DNA from: Octopus vulgaris
Lineage: Eukaryota
NCBI GenBank assembly: GCA_951406725.2
Contig: OX597830.1
Span: forward strand, 12,214,001-12,278,000
DNA length: 64,000 nucleotides
Direction of reading: 5' to 3'
The notes below the pieces were generated by a model. It did no database searches. It was not told the DNA's origin and saw only the letters and a list, made by a program, of their open reading frames with translations. The translations under genes and the position numbers were made by a program. This document shows positions 52,601-61,744 of this stretch, one piece after another (the first letter of the stretch is position 1; every line of letters begins with the position of its first letter).

Positions 52601-55600
52601 CATCTTGCTGTTGCAGACAAGCCCAAAGCATTCTTTGAAACAAAAAGATATTCCTTGAAGCAAGCTAAGCTGGATGGTAGTGGTGCATTTCGGCAACAAA
52701 CTTCAATGGTTGTTGAGGCTTCCTATGAGATCGCCATGTTGATTGCAAAGAGCAAGAATAGCCATAACATCGGAGAGTCCCTCATAAAACCAAGTCTACT
52801 CCGTGCAGCAGAACTCGTTCTGGGGAAAGATAGTGCAAACATGCTTCCTCAGATTTCACTATCAAACTGTAGAGTCAAGAGAAGGATCGACGACTCGTCT
52901 CAAGGCACTAAACATCAAATTCTCGACCAAGTAAGAGGTTCTCCTGTTTTTGCTATCCAGTGTGACGAAACGACTGATATCGCTCAGTGTTCTCTGCTAC
53001 TAGTATGTGTTCATTTTGTGTCAGGCAACTGTGTAAAAGAAGAAAGAGTTGTACAATAGCAGCAGCTATCTTTCGTGATTTATCAAACTTCTTTCAGCAA
53101 AACCATCTTTCGAGGGATTCGCTGGTAGGGGTGTGCACTGATGGAGCTCCAGCTATGCATGGTCTGCTGTCTGGATTCATTTCTAACATCCAGAACCTTA
53201 CCTACTGAAGTGATTAATGTCCAGAACATAGCTACCAAGGTTGTCAACTTTGTTAAAGGTTGAGTCTTTTCAAATTGCTGTGTAAAGCTATGGAATCTGA
53301 ACATAGAGTATTGCTTTTTCACACGAACATACAATGGCTATCAAAGGGGAACATACTTGGAGGGGGGCTGTATGAACTACGAGAAGAAATAGCAATATTT
53401 CTTGATGTGCAGCAGAAGGCAGATCTCTATGACAAGTTCCAGTCTGAAGGCTTTCAGCTATCTCTAGCTTACCTGGTTGACATCTTCGAAGCGTTGCATA
53501 CTCTCAACCTTAAACTACAAGGGAAACATCAACATTCTCACGCACCACGACACCATTCGAACCTTCATGGCCAAATTCGACCTCTGGAAATGTCGAATTT
53601 AGCAGGGAAATACAGTCCCAGCTTTAGTTACTTGGATTCTGCTCTCATTCACGGTAACCTTGATTTTGAGCTAAAGAAACAAATAATTACTCATCTGACT
53701 TGAAAACAGAATTCCTCAGATTCTTCCCAGACACAGATGAAAAACGCGAAGCTTGGAAATTTATCAGGAACCCATTTTAGTGTGAAGCGACTGATGTTTT
53801 GGATGAAGTGCAAGAGGAGTTTCTTGAGCTGAAGTTCAACTCCCCAGCCAAGGAAGACTTCAAAGAACTGGATCTTGGAACGTTCTGGATCAAGTATCTT
53901 CATGTTTACCCCCTGATCTCACATCAGGCTCTTCGGATTTTAGCTATGTTTGGACCCACGTATCGTTGCCGTGAAGACCCAGTACATAAACAGAGTGGAG
54001 GCGCAATGGCCCAGTGGTTAGGGCAGCGGACTCGCGGTCATAAGATCGCGGTTTCGATTCCCAGACCGGGCGTTGTGAGTGTTTATTGAGCGAAAACACC
54101 TAAAGCTCCACGAGGCTCCGGCAGGGGATGGTGGTGATCCCTGCTGTACTCTTTCACCACAACTTTCTCTCACTCTTTCTTCCTGTTTCTGTTGTACCTG
54201 TATTTCAAGGGGTCGGCCTTGTCACTCTCTGTGTCACGCTGAATATCCCCGAGAACTACGTTAAGGGTACACGTGTCTGTGGAGTGCTCAGCCACTTACA
54301 CGTTAATTTCACGAGCAGGCTGTTCCATTGATTCGGATCAACCGGAACCCTCATCGTCGTAACCGACGGAGTGCTTCCGATCCGACATAAACAGGTTGGA
54401 CGTTGAAAGGGACTTATGTTGTTCACTCTCTGGCATTCAACCACACATTCAAGATCTTGTAGCTAAGAAGCAGTGTCAAGTATCTCACTAATAATGTGAC
54501 TAATTCGTATCCAATAATTTTTTTTCTTTCGCTAAGAAGCAGTGTCAAGTATCTCACTATTGGTATAATGTGATTATATATAAAATTATACATATTTTGC
54601 ATAATGTGACTAATTCATATTCAATAAAAGGACTAAAACGTATTTAAATTTAAAGTCTGGAAGGGAATTTTATTCATAGATGCAAGGGGACGTGGAGAGA
54701 AATATAAATTCCTAAGGTAGGCGTGGCAGTAAAATGGTTAAGAACCACCTGTCTAGATACTCGCACGCGCGCACACACACAGAAACTGCTTTAGTCTAGC
54801 AGGTGGTTGCGACTCCAAAGCTTCATTTCAGAAAGCTTGAATAAAAAAAATAGTTTATCAAAGCAACACCGCTTTGGATGATATGTCTGTTTGATCAAGG
54901 CTAATTTGCAGCACGCTATTAACACTTTTTACGATAACTTTTTGAAAGATTCTTTCCTGACAAATTATATTACAACACATTGCATTAAAAGGAATACTGA
55001 CATCATGGAGAAACGGCAAAGACATTGATTGACAATATTTACATATAAAAATTTAATGGTGGAGGCACAATGGCCCAGTGGTTAGGGCAGCGGACTCGCG
55101 GTCATAGGATCACGGCTTCGATTCCCAGACCGGGCGTTGTGAGTGTTTATTGAGCGAAAACACCTAAAAGCTCCACGAGGCTCCGACAGGGGATGGTGGT
55201 GATCCCTGCTGTACTCTTTCACCACAACTTTCTCTCATTCTTACTTCCTGTTTCTGTTGTACCTGTATTTCAAAGGGCCGGCCTTGTCACTCTCTGTGTC
55301 ACGCTGAATATCCCCGAGAACTATGTTAAGGGTACACGTGTCTTTGGAGTGCTCAGCCACTTACACGTTAATTTCACGAGCAGGCTGTTCCGTTGATCGG
55401 ATCAACCGGAACCCTCGTCGTCGTAACCGACGGAGTGCTTCCACTTCCACCATAAAAATTTAATTTAGGTGGGAAACAAACAAGAAAAATACCAGTTATG
55501 GTGTTAAAGTCAGAGTTAACAGAACGCACGGTCAACTTACTTCACTATAAAAAGCATCTTTTTCTACGTTAATTGGATATCCGTTAAAATACCACTTGTA

Positions 55601-56994
55601 GACGATCTCGAAGTCAGGATTGTAGGAGGCACCGCAATAGAAGAAAGCTGTTTCATTCACAATCACCTCTATGTTCGATGGTCGGCGGCTGATTACCAAA
55701 TTTTCTGTGTTTTTTTTTTAATAGAAAAATAAAATAAGAGAATTTAGTTTCTGTCAACTTGAAAGAGTAGCAGTTTTACAAGAGCTACGTAATTGGAAGC
55801 TACTTATTTGAAAGTGAAAACTTTAATCAACGAAGACTACGAGAAGGTGTTCATTAAAGATTTCCCCTGAGCCACTTCTGGTTATTGCTGGAAACATAAC
55901 TTGTATAGGTATAATCATACATGTCACTACATGTCACATTGTAAATTGCAGCTTTCCATTGGTATTCGTTTGTCTTTTACGGCTGATGAAGTGGACTAGT
56001 GGTGTTATAATGGAGGCAGTTGAGTGCAGATTAGTGATCAAGTTCTTATACTTGAAAGGTCACACACCAAAATAGACTTTCCATGAGATGAAAGAAATTT
56101 AAGATGACGATGCACCATCATACGACATAGTCAAGCTCTGGCATCGCCAGTTCAAATGTGGTCGGACATGGGGGAAACTGCTCCTATTCTTGGACGACCA
56201 CATTCCACCATTGATGACGACACCGTCCATAAAGTGGAAGCCGTAATTTCTGGAGGATCACCGTATAGCTATTCGGCAACTAACCCAAGAATTGAAGATA
56301 AATGTAGGGTCCGTGGAAAAAATCATCCCCGACCATTTGCACATGCGGAAGTTGTTTGCACGATGGATTCCTCGGATGCTCACACCTTCTCAGGAGCAGG
56401 AACAAGTCAATTGCTTCCAGGCTCTTTTGACAATGTGCCAAGAAAACGAGGAGGGCTTCTTTGGTGGCATATGAAGGGTGTCAAAGATCGGAAGTTTCGA
56501 TTTTTTTTTACTATTGTTATTCGACAGTCAGACTCTTGTTACAACTATGGCAGAAACAACAATTATACCTATTGCCAAATTCTCTTCCCTGGGAGTATTA
56601 TCTGATACATTTGAAAGTACATCATAAACTCAATTCTGTACTGTTCAACAGTTGATGTTTTACTTCTCTTCATTTATAAGCAACTAAATTCAATCTTCAT
56701 TAATGTGTTACCGAAATTCCACACTAAACTTATACTTCGTAGAAAGGAGCAGGATTTAAAATTAATTTAATATAATATATTGTATAAGAGTAGCTTAAAA
56801 TCTTAAGTACTACATAAAAATATAATATAGGCGTAGAAGTGGCTGTGTGGTAAGTAGCTTGTTTACCAACCACATGGTTCCGGGTTCAGTCCCACTGCGT
56901 GGCACCTTGGGCAAGTGTCTTCTACTATAGCCTCGGGCTGACCAAAGCTTTGTGAGTGGATTTGGTAGACGGAAACTGAAAGAAGCCCGTCGTA

Positions 56995-57075
<81 letters not shown>

Positions 57076-58727
57076 TTGTGTGTCTGCGTTTGTCCCCCCA
57101 ACATCGCTTGACAACCGATGCTGGTGTGTTTACGTCCCCGTAACTTAGCGATTCGGCAAAAGAAAACGATAGAATAAGTTCTGGGGTCGATTCGCTCGAC
57201 TAAAGGCAGTGTTCCAGCATGGCCATAGTCACATGACTGAAACAAGTAAAAAGTAAAAGTAAAAAATATAATACTTAAGATTTTAAGCTACTCATGACAT
57301 ATTACCAAAATTCTTACCGACGACTCTCAGTTTGGTTGACTGCGATGCTTCTCCTTGATTGTTTGTTGCAGTACACTTGTATTCTCCTGCATCACTTTGT
57401 GTAATGTCCTGGATAAACAAATTGCCATTTAATAATTTTTGAATTCTTCCTGTAGACTGGCTGCTATCCAGTCCCAAATCAGCACCATTCCTAGACCAAG
57501 ATATCGTTGCCTTAGGTATGGCATCGGGATGGCACCTCAACGATACTTTACCGGTTCGCGCGGCCAATGTACTACTAGGAAGATGATATTGAATAAACTT
57601 CGGGGCAAAACCTTAAAAAGGAAAAGAGTAAAATATGAAGATAAGTTCATTAGTGCAAGAAATATGTGTATTTATGAGAAATAATTTCAAGAACTTTCAT
57701 TTAGAAACGCCAGAGATTTTTAAATCTTAGAATAATTTTTTTTAGCAAGATTTTGTTTATGAAATTATACTTTTTAAGATCCAGATCCTTTAGTTTGGAG
57801 GTAACAAATACATTACTAGATTATAACTGCGTGAAAGCTTATACTAGAAAAGGTAGAATTAGTGTTTGTCTGATTTTATTTAAAATCACATTATTTGAAT
57901 TACTTACTTGCAATTTTTAGCTGCGCGGTGCTGTAGGTAATACCGTTTGAATTTTCTGCAGTACATTGGTACATACCATTGTCTCTTTTTTCGTCAGTTC
58001 TCAATATTGTAAGCGTATTTGTATTAATTTGAATGTTTCCACCAGATACGAGTTTTTTAGTATCTTTCAACCAAGAATAAGTTACAGCTGGTCGACCTTC
58101 AGCCATGCATCGCCACGTAAATCTTGCACCTGGTTCGATCAACTGTGACTTCAGTTCTATCACGAAATATGGTTTTGCTGGAGAATGAAAAGGAAACTGC
58201 AGCAGTTAAGTCATTCTATATCGTGTTATCAATCTCCCACCGCACATACAAACGTATACATATATGTATAAATACATACACATTGATAAATACAGACTTA
58301 TAATAAAATAGTATTGAGTTTTGAGACTTTTTTTTAAGAGACGCAGTTATAACTATCCTAAAATATTGTAATTTTAGTGTATCACTATTATACATCTGAT
58401 AAGCTTACCTGCTAACATCTAATAAGCTTACCTGCTAACTTTTGTTATTCCAGATTGAAGATGACGGCTGTAACAACATTTCGAATACATCCTGCAACAC
58501 ACTCTCTTTACTCTTTTACTTGTTTCAGTCATTTGACTGCGGCCATGCTGGAGCACCGCCTTTAGTCGAGCAAATCGACCCCGGAACTTATTCTTTGTAA
58601 GCCCAGTACTTATTCTATCGGTCTCTTTTGCCGAACTGCTAAGTGACGGGGACGTAAACACACCAGCATTGGTTGTCAGGCAATGCTAGGGGGACAAACA
58701 CAGACACACAAACACACACACACACAA

Positions 58728-58780
<53 letters not shown>

Positions 58781-60576
58781 TACGACAGGCTTCCTTCAGT
58801 TTCCGTCTACCAAATCCACTCACAAGGCATTGGTCGGCCCGGGGCTATAGCAGAAGACACTTGCCCAAGATGCCACGCAGTGGGACTGAACCCGGAACCA
58901 TGTGGTTGGTTAGCAAGCTACTTACCACACAGCCACTCCTGCTTGTCACAGCTGACTAGTTTGCCGAATGCAGTCAGGACATGAGGACAAGTTGGAAGCT
59001 CATTAAGCAATTAAGTTTCGTGATAAACTGGGTAAAACACTGCAGACATTTATGAAATTTTCCAGACTGCTTATGTTTTAATTTGTATGAGCCGCCGATT
59101 TTTTTTTGTTTTGCGCTAGCACAAGCGGCCAGGCAAAGCAAGTCCATTGGAAAAAAATAGGATAGTCGCTTTTTTTTTTTTTTTGACAGTGAGGGCATCA
59201 TCTGCATACACTGGATTTCCTTTGGCGAAACGGTCAATAAAGAATAATTTGGAGAGGTTTTGAGGGAGTTCAGGAAAAGGCTTCGCTGCAAAAACCCAGA
59301 GCACATAGTCTAGTCCAGGACAATGTACCAGCTTACAACGCCATCCTGGTAACGAACTACTTGACAGAGGACCAGATGGGAATGTGGTTCTATGGGAAAG
59401 AGTTAGGAAGAGAGGACGAGGGGTGGTGTGTACATGTATAGGAAGGTATCCGCGTAAAGGGATGGTCAGGTAGGGAAAAGTGAGAGTAGTATGAGGTGCA
59501 GGTGGTTAGATAGGGGTGCTTGGATTTGTAGAATTGGAGGTGTAAAGAAAGAAAGGGTATAGGTGTGAATGTGATACAGGTGAGAAAAAAGTTGGGATCT
59601 TTTCGGTTTGAACGGCATTTTTTAACATAATTTCTAGGTAACTAAAATATTTTAAACTTCGTATACTGGTAGAATGTGTTTATAAAACATCTTTTTCTCT
59701 TGGCTTTATTGAGAAAATTCTATAGTTTGTAAGATATTTGTTGTTTTTTTCTTTCTTCAATTTCTGCAATTTCAACCAATCAATGACGTCTATTGAGGTA
59801 AAAAACATTCTGTGCCGTATGAATATGTCCCTCGTTTAAGAAACAGATTGGGTTTATTTACATTTGTGAAGAAAAAAATATACCCTTCCTCCCATCCCTA
59901 ACCTTAACCCTAACCCTAACCCTAAAAGAGATTGAAATGCAATAGATCGATTCTAGGGTCATAATTATGGATGACAATTTCATATGACACCGCTAGAAAA
60001 AACTGCCGTTCAAACCGAAAAGATCCAAAAGTTGGGTAAACAGTGAAGAAAGCAGTAAAGTTGGTGAGAATAAATATCATACCAAAAGAGGTACAAGGTC
60101 AGAATGAAGTCACGAAGTCTATAAATTGTGAGTAAAAGTAATAAAAGTGAAGAGGCTGGGTATAATATTCGAAAAGGCATTTGAGCATGAAAGAACATGT
60201 AAAATAGAAACGTTCTTGTTCTAAGGGGATTATAAAAAAAAAAAAGGATTGTTACAAAAAGGAATTGTGCTGAGGACAAAGTTGTATTCCCAGGTGGAGA
60301 GGAACCCTGTAGTGAAAGCTGTAATGGAATCTAATGTAGAGGTGATTAAAGATCCCGAATAAGATCAGGGCATGAAATTCAAGGTAGTTAGGTACAGAAA
60401 TGATATCTGTTCTAACGTAGAGCGGCATATGTATAAATGAACTCAGAAGGAACTGGGTATTACCAGTACCACGAATTAGAACATCAAAGACCAAAGTTGG
60501 AATTATTTAAAATTCTATACAAAATACTGCGCCTATTGAAAAGTAATTTCCGGAGAATTCACAGTGTACTGTACAC

Positions 60577-60609
<33 letters not shown>

Positions 60610-60618
60610 CACACACAG

Positions 60619-60651
<33 letters not shown>

Positions 60652-61689
60652 CAAACACAAACACACATACGCGCACACACACACACAGACACACAGACAC
60701 ACACACACACACACAACACACACACACACACACACACATACATACGCACACACACATACACACACGTGAGTGCGTGCGTTTGTGTTTGCGTGAGTGTGCG
60801 TATATTTGCGTGTCTGTGTCGAGTGCCGAGCTGTAGAAACATGAACAAATATGATTATTATAAAGCATTAATGATGCGAAAGCTAGAAAAGCAGCAGCTA
60901 CAAGGGTAGTTTCCTCAATACCTGTTTCTTTATTACAAGGGGCTAAACACAGAGGGGACAAACAAGGACAGACATAGGTATTAAGTCGATTACATCGACC
61001 CCAGTGCGTAACTGGTACTTAATTTATCGACCCCGAAAGGATGAAAAGCAAAGTCGACCTCGGCGGAATTTGAACTCAGAACGTAAGGGCAGACGAAATA
61101 CGGCTTCGCATTTCGCCCGGCGTGCTAACGTTTCTGCCAGCTCGCCGCTCGTTTCCTCAATACCAGATTAGTTGTCACCCACGTTAAGACTTTCTTGCAT
61201 GTCTTGCAGACGATGTGACAGTAGCGCGAGATCATCTGCGTAGTCCAAGTCCTCCAACTTGTTCATCAGTGTCTACTGAATACCTTTCCCTGAGGTAGCG
61301 TAGACCGTCCTGGTAACCCAGTCCAGCACGACAAGGAACAGGAGCGGTGACAGGGCAAAAGAAAAAAAAAAAAAAACAGATTAAAATCACGACTTCATAA
61401 ATATTCCTTATATGATTTATCGAACTGAGAAAATGAGACACTGATGTTCATGCTATTCTCAAATGCACATGAGATGCATACTTCTTTACTCTTTTACTTG
61501 TTTCAGTCATGTGACTGCGGCCATGCTGGAGCACCGCTTTTAGTCGAGCAAATCGACCCCGGGACTTATTCTTTGTAAGCCCAGTACTTATTCTATCGGT
61601 CTCTTTTGCCGAACCGCTAAGTGACGGGGACGTAAACACACCAGCATCGGTTGTCAAGCAATGCTAGGGGGACAAACACAGACATACAA

Positions 61690-61744
<55 letters not shown>

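Noticed and set aside
53997-54070. tRNA-like sequences at SINE heads
   Set aside because: They continue into SINE bodies with TSDs and do not form complete tRNA genes.
52577-54089. Domesticated ZBED/SCAND3-like host gene
   Set aside because: Multiple frameshifts and deletions, TIRs and TSD present, second copy in window: a transposon fossil.
59890-59925. Telomeric repeat as a chromosome end or fusion scar
   Set aside because: It is internal to a MITE bounded by TIRs and a TSD.
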